Source of the DNA: Chiloscyllium plagiosum
Taxonomy: Eukaryota
Direction: 5' to 3'
Assembly: GCF_004010195.1 (NCBI RefSeq)
Contig: NC_057718.1
Location: 19,978,351 to 20,042,350, forward strand
Length of the DNA: 64,000 nt
Part shown: positions 14,585 through 25,170 of the stretch, piece after piece
How positions within the stretch are numbered: position 1 is the first letter of the stretch
How the letters are laid out: each line of letters begins with the position of its first letter
Position numbers and translations under genes: made by a program
Notes under the pieces: model-generated
The model's database searches: none
Seen by the model: the letters and a program-made list of their open reading frames with translations, nothing else
Told to the model about the DNA's origin: nothing

Positions 14585-16354
14585 CTGAAAATAGAAATAA
14601 ATCACTAAAACATACAGAACAGGAGAACTTTGAGACCATTGTAGTACAATCATGCTTACTTGTAAATTTGGTCTTAACATTCCAAAGTTAGGTCTGGACA
14701 AAATAAAACTTATTTCTCATCTGTATCAATTTTCTGTGCTCTGTTCCAGCAGCACTCTTTGGATAGGCCTCATTCCCACATGTAGCAACAATTCAAACAG
14801 GAGGGCAAATATTGAGTTCAAGATGGTAACTCATCCATGGATAAGCATCTCAGTTGAAACTGATGCTGTCCTTAGCTGATGTCCACATGTATCCACAGGT
14901 TTATAAGCAATTAAATATAGACGGAAATAGAAACTCTAGTCTCTTTTTTTTATTTGAAGCTAAATGCAGCATTACTACTGCTGACTAAACAAGATCAACA
15001 ACATAAGCAGAGTACAAGGAGGAACAGACTTAGAACTTTTCCTGTTTACATGTTTTAGCTACTAATTTTCACATTCAGCTATAGTTCAGAGGTTCTACAT
15101 AAAACAGTGAATTGTACTAAATGTTTGGATTTTTTTTGTACTACTATGTTTGAAGCATATATAATAAACAGGTAATAGCACTCATGATATCAGAAATTCA
15201 ACCTTTCCCAATCTCTAGAATAACTGCAGATTTAACAGCTTGATTGGGAGACATTACAATTATGAAACCTTATGGTTATGTTTAAACTGTCTCTTGTAAG
15301 ATAAAATGGAATGCCCTGAAATGGGGGTGGGAGGGAGGATGCTGAAATTATGGTAGAATCTGGGGAAAAGTCTCTGAGATTTGACTGCCCTGGAGAAAGA
15401 GGTTTATATTATTGAACAGAAAAAAAGGTTAAGCAAAGTAGATTTTTAATTGTTTTAAAATCAGTTTTACATTGTACATGCATATCCACATGAAAAGTCT
15501 GAAAAACATCAATGATAAGCATGTAGAGTGAATATTCTTCATAGGATTGCTGGTGTCAGCAGATATGAAATGCGTAGTCTAATGTACCAGTTATCTATTA
15601 AGTAACTGAAAGTCCACATCCGTTTCCATGTGCTGGTTACAGCAAAAGTCAAGCAAAATCTTGTCATACAATGCTCTATCTCTTGAGGGATAAGGACAGG
15701 GTGAATAGACGGCAACTATTCTCCTTCATCAAAGGATCAAGGGAGTATAATTTTAAAGAGAGAGGGGATTTGAGGAGATTTTTTATCCAGAGAATGGTGG
15801 GAGTCTGAAATGCACCATCTGGGAGGGTAGTTGAGGCAGGAAACCTCACAACCTTTACAAAGTACTTTATAAAGCACTTGAAGTGCCATAACATTCAAAG
15901 CTGTGGGCTTAGTTGGGAACTGTGACTAATGTAGCTGTATGCTTTTGCTGGTCTTGACACAATAATCCAAAGGGCCTCTTCTAGACTGTATGATTCTGTA
16001 AGTGTTCCCTTAAACCCTAACTAATCAACTTCATACCCCTAGTGGTATCAATCATCAGCTCAACTCACCTTAACTACTTTTCTCACACTTACAACCCTAT
16101 TCTCCATGCAGGCTCTCATATTTACAGACACCACTGTAACTTTGCCATCTCACATGGCATTCTTCACTTGCATTGCCTGGATTACAGACTGCCACCTCTG
16201 GCTACCCATATCCCAATACCCCCCTCTCTAACTTTGCATCCTTCTAAATTCTGGACAAGATCCTCTCAGAATCACTGAATATAAAATAACACCTTTATAA
16301 TATTTCTTGAACTTTCTTCAAATAGTTACTATCAGCATAGTTCCAGCATTTTAC

Positions 16355-16634
16355 CTGGTTTTAGAAACTTGATCCTCTGAGGGCAGGAAAGGGTTATTCA
16401 CTGTTGCAGATGAAGTACTCCCAAAGGCTGTAAGACCCAGTAGTTTGATCTGTGATAGACCCAAAGTGCTGGCATCCCGTGGGCGGTGTAGCCGAAGGCA
16501 GACAGCTGATGCAACTTCAGCTTTGACCAGCTGTATTTTAATATAAGTTAGTCCACTAGTAATAACTGGGGTAGAAAGGGGCAACATGTTCACTCCATCG
16601 GCACTGATCTCAACCGATACAGAAGAAGGACAGG
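16355..16634 (-). CDS. BIRC6: BIRC6 exon (TCPSSVSVEISADGVNMLPLS...DQVSKT)
   Basis: ttgcag| acceptor, |gtaaaa donor, 280 nt. Confidence 0.94.
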
Positions 16635-16859
16635 CTGCAAGAAAGAAAGTAGGATAAATATATAATGATCAGTCTGACAGCTGCATAACTAAAAGGTTAA
16701 TTTTGATTCTGGCATGTGAACTCTGCTACTACACAAATATTCTTTGGGTTAGGTAGTGTTTAGCATCATAAAGTCCTTCATTATCAAACATTCGCTGGTA
16801 AAAACTGATTAATGGATCAAAGTTGTTGCAATTCCTAGCTCAATAATGCAATCTCATAC

Positions 16860-17383
16860 CCTCTGTCTTAATTCATGGGAAAGGAAGACCATTGGCAAGG
16901 TTTGCTGCCCATCCCCAATTGCCTTTGTGAAGGTAATAGCTAGCCATGCCTCGAATTATTGCAGTCCATTCAGCGTAAAACATGCACAGTGGCATTAGGA
17001 AGGCAATTCTAGGTTTTTGGCCCAGAGACACTGAGGAATGGTGACACAGGATTATGGACAACTTCAAAAAGGTAATTGTAGGCAGTAGTGCTTCAATATG
17101 GCTTCAACCTCAACTTTTGTAGGTAGTAGAGATGGACAGATTTGGAAAGCTCTACCAAACTGTGCGCTGGTGGAAGTCGTCAATGCATAAGATGGTGAAT
17201 GCAGTACATGTCAGCTGGGCTGTTTACTGTAGATAAATCTGTTCTTTCATTTTTGTTGACAAATGGAGAGTATCCCATCACACGCGTTCCTTGTACCTTG
17301 TAAATAATCTTCAAGGAGTCAGGTAGAGAGTTACTCACTGCAGAATTCCACTGACCTGCTCTTGCATCCACAGTACTTATATG
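16860..17383 (-). mobile_element. Old LINE remnant split by the ERV; continues at 27421-27760
   Basis: Translates to IYKVQG..VMGYSP; the sequence reads on continuously across the ERV once the duplicated ATG is removed. Confidence 0.6.
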
Positions 17384-18562
17384 TGTGGGAGAAAAATCTG
17401 CTACCCTGCCCACCCACAGCATGACATAAGAAACACAGAAGCTAGCCTGCTAAACAGAGAGATTAAGCCTGCCAACACGCACAGAACACACTCACAATGC
17501 CCCAGTCTTGGCTAACAAAGAAACCAGACGTGACCAAGCTACTCCCAGACCAGAGAATAGACTTCCCAAGCAGCCTGCACAGCAAGCTCCCAGCCCTGAT
17601 TAACACTGTGGTTCTCAATACTCTAAGGGCAGGCTCTCTTCCATAACCACATAAACAGGCAGAATGAAGGGCAGACTTCGCTCGCAGGAGGAACACAATG
17701 GACAGACCTGGATGCCAGGAGAAGGGAAATTTGTACATATTCGCTATTTGCACAGGCGGGAAATACAATGAAGAATCCTCTCGAAGACATTCACAGAGTT
17801 GGCTGGAATCTCCTTTCTGGATTAGTGGTGCTGGAAGAACACAGCAGTTCAGGCAGCATCCAAGGAGCAGCGAAATCGACGTTTCGGGCAAAAGCCCTTC
17901 ATCAGGAATAAAGGCAGTGAACCTGAAGCGTGGAGAGATAAGCTAGANNNNNNNNNNNNNNNNNNNNNNNNNNNNNNNNNNNNNNNNNNNNNNNNNNNNN
18001 NNNNNNNNNNNNNNNNNNNNNNNNNNNNNNNNNNNNNNNNNNNNNNNNNNNNNNNNNNNNNNNNNNNNNNNNNNNNNNNNNNNNNNNNNNNNNNNNNTGG
18101 TTGATTGGTGCGGGTGTCCCGGAGATGTTCCCTAAAGCGCTCTGCTAGGAGGCGCCCAGTCTCCCCAATGTAGAGGAGACCGCATCGGGAGCAACGGATA
18201 CAATAAATGATATTAGTGGATGTGCAAGTAAAACTTTGAATCTCCTTTGTCAATTACAAGTGAATTGTTGTTGCCCGACGTTTGGTTAATTTCCATTCAG
18301 TTTATTCTTGTTTTAATTGATTTACAATTTTCACCATTATACTGCTTTACAATTATCACCTTTATGTCGTACCCCTATAAAACCTGCTGGCACCTTCTGC
18401 TCGGGGAAGAGAATCCTGGCCACCTGAACAGAGAATCAGTTCTGTGTCAGCCTGATCAATTTCTCTTCCGCAATATTGCTTTGCCTAATAAACCGCTTGT
18501 CAATTTTTTCACTATGATCCTCATTTGTGATCTCTGATTCATTGGGCTGAATTTCTCCGACA
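17384..18562 (+). repeat. ERV 5' LTR (interrupted by a Penelope fragment at 17817-18237)
   Basis: Direct repeat of 26638-27420; TG...CA ends with a 10/11 inverted repeat; TATAAA near 18376 and AATAAA near 18487. Confidence 0.93.
17817..18237 (-). mobile_element. Penelope-like element 3' fragment (GIY-YIG end plus terminal repeat) inserted in the 5' LTR
   Basis: NIIYCIRCSRCGLLYIGETGRLLAERFREH; 11-bp TSD GAATCTCCTTT at 17806-17816 and 18238-18248; contains an N gap. Confidence 0.9.
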
Positions 18563-18565
18563 GTT

Positions 18566-18583
18566 TGGTGCAGTTGGTAGGCC
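18566..18583 (+). promoter_or_regulatory. Primer binding site (degenerate, best guess tRNA-Ser), followed by a candidate splice donor GTAAGC at 18599
   Basis: TGGTGCAGTTGGTAGG lies 3 nt after the LTR and resembles TGGCGTAGTCGGCAGG with CpG decay. The tRNA assignment is uncertain. Confidence 0.5.
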
Positions 18584-19319
18584 CTTTCTACCAACAGGGT
18601 AAGCGAACTTGACTTTTCATATTGTCCTCGTCCCTGATCCAGCCGGGGAAAGACAGAATAGCAGGGGTTTCCCGGCAAGACAGAAGGAAAGACTGCCCAA
18701 CAAATTCTCGCTTAAAACATCTAAAAATCAGGGAAATTGATAAGGGCAGCGTCTTGTGGTTTTCAAGTGTTCAGTTTGTGGTTTGTAAGTGTTTGTCTAT
18801 TATCTGTCATCGCATGCCTGAGTAGTTTTATGAGCATTCCTCTGGTCAATTTCATAGCCTCTGGCTTGCGCTCGTAAACTGTGTGATACCACGGCTAAGA
18901 GGTTACATTGCGGTCGGCGATTAACTTGTCCTGCGCTCAATTGTTTATTTAACAGGCGGTGACTGACAGCGGAGCTGTCTGGAGGCAGGTACATTTGCTG
19001 AATTCCTCGAAAACTGTGTTCACAGCCTGCAAGCTCAACTCCGAAGCCGTTTCACAGTATGCCGGGAGCTATCACCCACGGGCACGTTTTTGCACCAACC
19101 GCGTGGGGACAATGGTGCACAGCCACCAATCCTGGACATGACAATGCTTAGGAGGCACGGTAAATACGTTACCTTCAAGACCAAGGTAGGAAATTGTCTT
19201 GTAACACCTGGGTGCCTGGTAGGCACAGTGCTCAAGGAAACAGAGGACAGCCGCTATGTCATCCCCTTCACTGGAGACCTGTACATCTGGTCCCACGGAA
19301 ATTGGCCATATGGGAGGTC

Positions 19320-19527
19320 GCAGCCGATCAGGCAGCATTTAAGGAGCAGGAGAATCGACGTTTCGGGCATGAGCCCTTCCTCAGGAATGAGGAAAGTGTG
19401 GCTGAAGAAGGGCTCATGCCCGAAATGTCGATTCTCCTGCTCCTTGGATGCTGCCTGACCTGCTGTGCTTTTCCAGCAACACATTTTCAGCTCTGATCTC
19501 CAGCATCTGCAGTCCTCACTTTCTCCT
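19320..19527. mobile_element. Penelope terminal fragment with inverted duplication, inserted in gag
   Basis: 12-bp TSD ATATGGGAGGTC at 19308-19319 and 19528-19539; internal inverted repeat. Confidence 0.85.
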
Positions 19528-20102
19528 ATATGGGAGGTCCTTTAAATTTGAAAAGATTAACTATTGTACTGCAGCCATTGGGGGAGGGAATGGCGACCCT
19601 TTCCGGGGCACTGCCTACATGCTGCAGTGTCTGGGAAAATTCAGGGAAGTTGTGAAGCGGCACCAGCCCTAAAGTGAAAGATCATCGCTGAGCACCCCCC
19701 CCATTAAAACTGACCCTAACAACCCCCAGTCACAGCCCTGCTTCCTTATGCCCTGCAGTATCCCAAGCTGCCCCTACCACCTCTGGAATTAGACCCACTG
19801 CTAGATGAGGTGGCTGCATTCAGTGCCACCCAGCCCAGAGAGGGCTCACAGCTGAACACAGAGTAGCCCGATTTAACATTGCCAAAAACATCATAATTAC
19901 CCTATGCCCAAATATATAAATCTCACAACTTGACCTGGCAAACAGCAGAATGAGGGGACACATTAACAACACTGAAAACCCGGACAGAAATGAGTTGTTT
20001 CCCACTCCCAGCCAGAAAGAAGCATTCCCTCAGACTGCCCAACCAGACCACCGGACGGACAGCAATAGGCCATTTGCAACAGCCCGGGGACACCCAAGGG
20101 GG

Positions 20103-20956
20103 TGAAGATCTGGACCCCCGGGGGAGGTCTCTGTTCCGCGATCGGTTAATAAACACTAGCAATTCAGTCTGGTTTTGTAATATTTCACAGTTCATTCAAT
20201 CTCGGACGGGCACAGTTGCCCAGTAATACAGAGGAGAAAGTGAGGTCTGCAGATGCTGGAGATCAGAGCTGAAATGTGTTGCTGGAACAGCGCAGCAGGT
20301 CAGGCAGCATCCAGGGAACAGGAGAATCGACGTTTCGGGCATAAGCCCTTCTTCAGGAAGCTGGATACTGGATGCTGCCTGACCTGCTGCGCTGTTCCAG
20401 CAACACATTTCAGCAGTAATACAGAGGTTAAACACTTCCGTGTTCCTCGGAGAAACTGCGTACATGGCTTAAGACAAAGACATTTTTATACTGTTTTGAG
20501 AGAAGTACAGGGCATAATCACAGAGCACATTCAGACAATTACCAATCAATTTTAATGAGATGACTTTATTGACAGCAACTTAGCCTAATGATATTTCCTG
20601 GGAACCAACCTTGCTTTCCAAGTTCAGTACTCCTATCTCACGAATGTAGTCTCTGCACCTGCACAGTCAGTAAGGATGGCTCGTAATGTCTTATCTAGTT
20701 TAGTTATTTCTATGCTGTAAAGGAAGCATTGTCTGCTAATCGTTGTTGAGACAGACTGTGGTTAGTTCAGCTTTTAGCAGGGTTAAAAGTCATTTCATGC
20801 AGCTTTAGGCAGAATTGTCAATTTGCAGCCTAGAAGCCATTTTGTAATATTATTTGCATTAAGAAGCCAATTTATTGCTGTCTACGTTAGTAAGAGCACG
20901 AATTAAATGGTTGTTCCTGACTACAACTAGTTACTCCAGCCTGCATTCAGATTTCA
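20103..20956 (-). mobile_element. Probable solo LTR of a second LTR-element family, nested antisense in gag
   Basis: AT-richer block interrupting gag; minus-strand TATAAAA near 20484-20490; ends TGAAATCTG...GGGGGTCCAGATCTTCA. Alternative ends 20111-20949 give a GATC/GATT TSD. Confidence 0.6.
20235..20413. mobile_element. Penelope terminal fragment with inverted duplication, inserted in the nested solo LTR
   Basis: TSD CAGTAATACAGAGG at 20221-20234 and 20414-20427. Confidence 0.85.
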
Positions 20957-21151
20957 GACCCTCAGGGCCACGGTTGGAACTGTGGGAAATTGGGATATTG
21001 GGCTAGGGAGCTAGGCACAGTTGCCCAGACTGCATACACAATGACTGACCCCTTTTGCCGTAACCAAGAACTCAACTAGGGCTGACGCAGGAGGGAGGCT
21101 CTGCAGGCAGTTTCAATACGCTTCTCCCATTCCCCATCCAAAAATTCCAAG

Positions 21152-21450
21152 ATGGATGTTGAGATTGAGGGACGGCTCATTTCTTTCAGAAGTGGATTCC
21201 AGGGCCATCCATTCGTCTGCACCTCCTTCAGCAGAATTTACCCCGAGCTTGAAAACTGTCTGAACTGTGGGGATTTTAGGAGTACCCATTGTGGAACTAC
21301 TTTCCCATTTCGTGCAGTTCAACATAGGACCTGCCACAGTCCTAGACGTTGCCATTATCTCTGCCTCCTGCCCAGTAGCCTTCCTTGGGGTCGCCAGACA
21401 CTGTGCAAGTTAAATGCCAGCATGCACTGCTCCCTTGAAGGATTCACACT
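21152..21450 (+). pseudogene. pro: ERV aspartic protease remnant
   Basis: MDVEIEGRLISF/VDSRAIHS (DSG-like motif), TVGILG flap, GRQTLCKLNA; frameshifted. Confidence 0.8.
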
Positions 21451-22034
21451 CGAGATCCCAGAAGCAAACTATTCTATGCTAGGGGCAGCAATCTCCCGCA
21501 GCCCTGAGCCCTCTGACCAGGCAAACTTTTGCTATGCCTGGTTGTGCCCGCCAGAACCTACCTGGGTCCTTCTTGACCCTCTCCTCTATCAACCTCCCCT
21601 TCATCCCCCACATTATCCTTCCTCCAGTGGGTGACACTGACAGGCAGCTTTGTTAATTTCACTGTGCAGCTTCTGGCCCGCAGGAACTGGCATCGACATA
21701 TACTGCGGCAGAAGTGCAGCTCAGTCCAGAGCAGGCTGCGCTGGCCTCAACAGCCCAATGGCAGTTCCGCACATTCCTGTTATTATGAGCCTGTGGCTCC
21801 CCAAAGATCTAGGAACCACAATAGCACAGCTCGCGCAACCACCACTACATTTTACACCCCTTGGGTAAGACGCAGACCCTCTACTGCGTACGCTGTGCTC
21901 CTGCATTATGACAAGCTACTTTTACAAAACAGAGTCCAGGCATTGACCCTTCCTATGAGAGCCCCCTCTTAATAGCTGATCTCTCAAACTCACTGTGGAC
22001 ACAGCACTCAAACCACGCAGGCCAGGTATTGTCC

Positions 22035-25000
22035 ACCCCCCCCCCCATACAGTTACACATCAGACAAGGAGCCGTCCTAACATCAATACGACAATACCAA
22101 TTATCACCCGCAGCAGTAGAGGGGATCACTTCTGCAACAGAGAATCCTAGTGCCCACAACTAGTCCGCGCACAAGCCCATTTTACCTATACCAAAGCCCA
22201 GACCAGGAAAATGCCACTTTGTGCAAGATCTTCCCAAGGCTGTTAATGCCATTGTTGTTTCCTGCTCCCCAGTAGTTCCAGACACAAATGCTATCCTGCA
22301 AGTAAAACTTTGAATCTCCTTTGTCAATTACAAGTGAATTGTTGTTGCCCGACGTTTGGTTAATTTCCATTCAGTTTATTCTTGTTTTAATTGATTTACA
22401 ATTTTCAAAATTGTATCCTGACCAGTATCTCTGACCAGACACAAATGCTATCCTGACCAGTATCTCTGCCTCTGCCACTGCTTCTCCTTAATCGACCAAT
22501 GGTCAGCCTTTCTCCCCTGAAAGTCATTACTTTTTGCTTTTACATAAGGCGGCTGTCAATAAACATGGACCTGGCTTCCCCATGGGTATATGGACAGTCC
22601 CACAGTTTATGCTGCTGCAGTACACCGCATCCTGTCCATCCTCCACCTGCCATGCTACAGCACCCTCCTCCAGTATGCGGATGATCTGTTATTAGCTTCC
22701 ACCTTCTCTGCTGCATGCATGAAGGATATGGTGAGCTTGCACCGCTGTCTGGCACAGGATGGACACAGGGTGTCTATCGAGAAAATGCAGCTCCGCTAGC
22801 AAAACGTCTAATACCTGGGGTACGACCTTTCACATGGCCTCAGAGCACTGTCCAAGGAGCAGGTAGCAGCCATTACCCAACTTCTCCCACTTGCCACAAG
22901 CTTTTCTGGTGACAATAAACTACTGCAGGCACTGGATCCCTGGTCATCGTGTCATTGATGCACCCCTAAACAGCCAGCCAAAGTGAAGTGGATGCCCAAA
23001 ATGGAAAATATTCACTGAACTGAAACAACAATTAATCTCCACACCTGCTCTGGCAGTACCAAATTACTCACAACCCTTCTATCTTTATGTAACCAAGTCA
23101 GAAGGGTTTGCGTCCAGCATTTTAACGCAGCTTCATGAGGATCTGTTGCCTTTTATTCTGTACATTTCCCACCTGTTGTGAGGGGAATTGCTGCATGTTT
23201 GCATGCGGTGGCAGCAGCCACAGTAACAGTGGAAAAGGCCACCCCCATTGTGCTAGATCATCCATGTACTGTTTTGGACCCACATTTGGTCTCCCTGCTG
23301 CTCAATTCAGCAGCAACCTAACATTGTACTGCAACTCTGAGAACTGGCTACGAGGTCACTTTGCTATCTAAGTGAAACCTCTCCCTACAGCGCGCCCCAG
23401 CCTTGAACCCCACCACCCTACTCCCGCTCACCCAGCATGATGCTGTAGACGACCATGGCGGTTTAGACCTGGTTCAGCAGGTTGTTATACCACTTCCTGA
23501 CCTGTCCGAGACACACTACAAACCCTGACCTGATTCTTTTCACCAACAGCTCTTCCTTCCCGTCATCAGACCAACACACATTAGCAGGTTATGCCATCTG
23601 CACTCCCTTCACCACCCTCGACTCAGCTGCATTACCAGATGAGACATCCACACCAGCTGCAGAGCTCTTCGCTCTCACCAGAGACTGCATCCTGGCAAAG
23701 AGTAGCACAGCCAACATCTACACAGATCCAGATATGCCTTTGCAGTCATTAATGACTTTGGCACAATATGGAAGCAGACAGGGTTCATCACGTCAATAGG
23801 GAGACCACTTAACATGCTACACTCATCGCCAGCCTCCTAGAAGCAGTCCTGCTACCCTCTGCTGTAGTGATTATAAAATGTCCTCTGCCACTGATCCCGT
23901 CACCCCAGGAAGTGCCTCAGCTGATGTAACCGCCCAGGAAGCCGCACTACCTCCAGCTACTTATGTCCTGCACCCCCAGGGTGGCAAAACCTCCGGCGTC
24001 CCCTGACCAACTCAATGCAGTCTGAGTGGCTCAGCATGCTGCCCCACTAGAAGAGAGGGCCGCTGTAAGGCCCCAATGCGGACTCAAGTCATCCTCCCAA
24101 CAGGTACTTATCCACCCTGATGGATCATCTGCCCAAAAGCCCACCTACACTTACTGGCCCTGGTGGCACACGGAATCGGACACACAGGCAAGGGAGGCAC
24201 GATACATGCTGTCAGCCATTCCTGATACGCACCGGGATTTGCTGCAGATGCCCAAGCCCTGCTGTCACAGTGCCTCATCTGTCTACAGAACAATGCAGGG
24301 AAGCCTGTGGCCAAATATGACCACTTACCAGTTCCAGGGGGCCCTTCACCCACCTCCAGATTGATTTTGCCCACATGCCTTTGAAACAGAGATACAAATA
24401 CATCAAGAGTTATTGTAGACATGTTTTCAAAATGAGTAGAGGCATTCCCCACAAAAAAAGATGACAACTGGACATTGGTGAAGTGTCTCCTGCGGGATGT
24501 TGTTCCAAGATTTGGGGTCCCGGGGAACACTGAAACAGACAGGGGAACACTGAAACAGACAGGGGCACGCATTACGCCGTCAAGCTCATTATTACGGTCA
24601 GTGAAGCCCTAGGGATACCCTGGACACACCACATCCCATACCAGCCCCAGTCATCAGGAATGGTGGAAAGAATGAACGGCACCCTCAAAACAACCGTCCC
24701 CAAAATCACTCAGGACACAGGATTGACTTGGCCAGACGCCTTGCCAATGGCGCTGTACACAGAAAGAGAACAGGGAAACCGAACGGTGGGACTTACGCCC
24801 TTTGAGGGGCTAATAGAATGACCCATGTCCACAGCCACCAGACCCCCACAACTAGCCACTGACACAGCACTGCTCCGAACACAGGCGGCTCTCTTAAGAT
24901 TACGTTCAACCCTTAGTAGAAGGATCATTTTAAACCATAGCAGGAACCACTTCACCCATTTAAACCTGGGGACTATGTAATGACGCAGTCACTGCCGAAA

Positions 25001-25130
25001 GATTGTCTCTCCCAGAGGTGGAAAGGACCAGACCTGGTCTTGCTCATGACCAGGACAGCTGTCAAGCTCCAAGGGAGAGCAAAATGGACGCACGTGACCC
25101 AGTACAAGATGGCTCCACCTCCACAGAAGG
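22035..25130 (+). pseudogene. pol: ERV pol remnant: RT, RNase H, integrase
   Basis: IRQY, LPHGYMDSP, LLQYADDLLLA (RT); AGYAI, AAELFAL, NIYTD (RNase H); HLQIDF, VEAFP, PQSSGMVERMNGTLK, RWKGP (integrase). Confidence 0.93.
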
Positions 25131-25170
25131 ATGATCAAGCAAGACAGGTAACACCTCCAGAGACTGCAGA

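Larger units (their letters stand above)
19186..21080 (+). pseudogene. gag: ERV gag remnant (matrix, YPxL late motif, CCHC knuckle); capsid not recognisable
   Basis: GNCLV...WPYGRSF after removing the insertion; QYPKLPLPP near 19757; (G)WNCGKLG(Y)WARE..C at about 20972-21024; many stops. Confidence 0.7.

Noticed and set aside
19090..19458. 122-aa ORF as a retroviral accessory gene
   Set aside because: It is the gag leader and matrix frame running into the Penelope insert, with no independent evidence.
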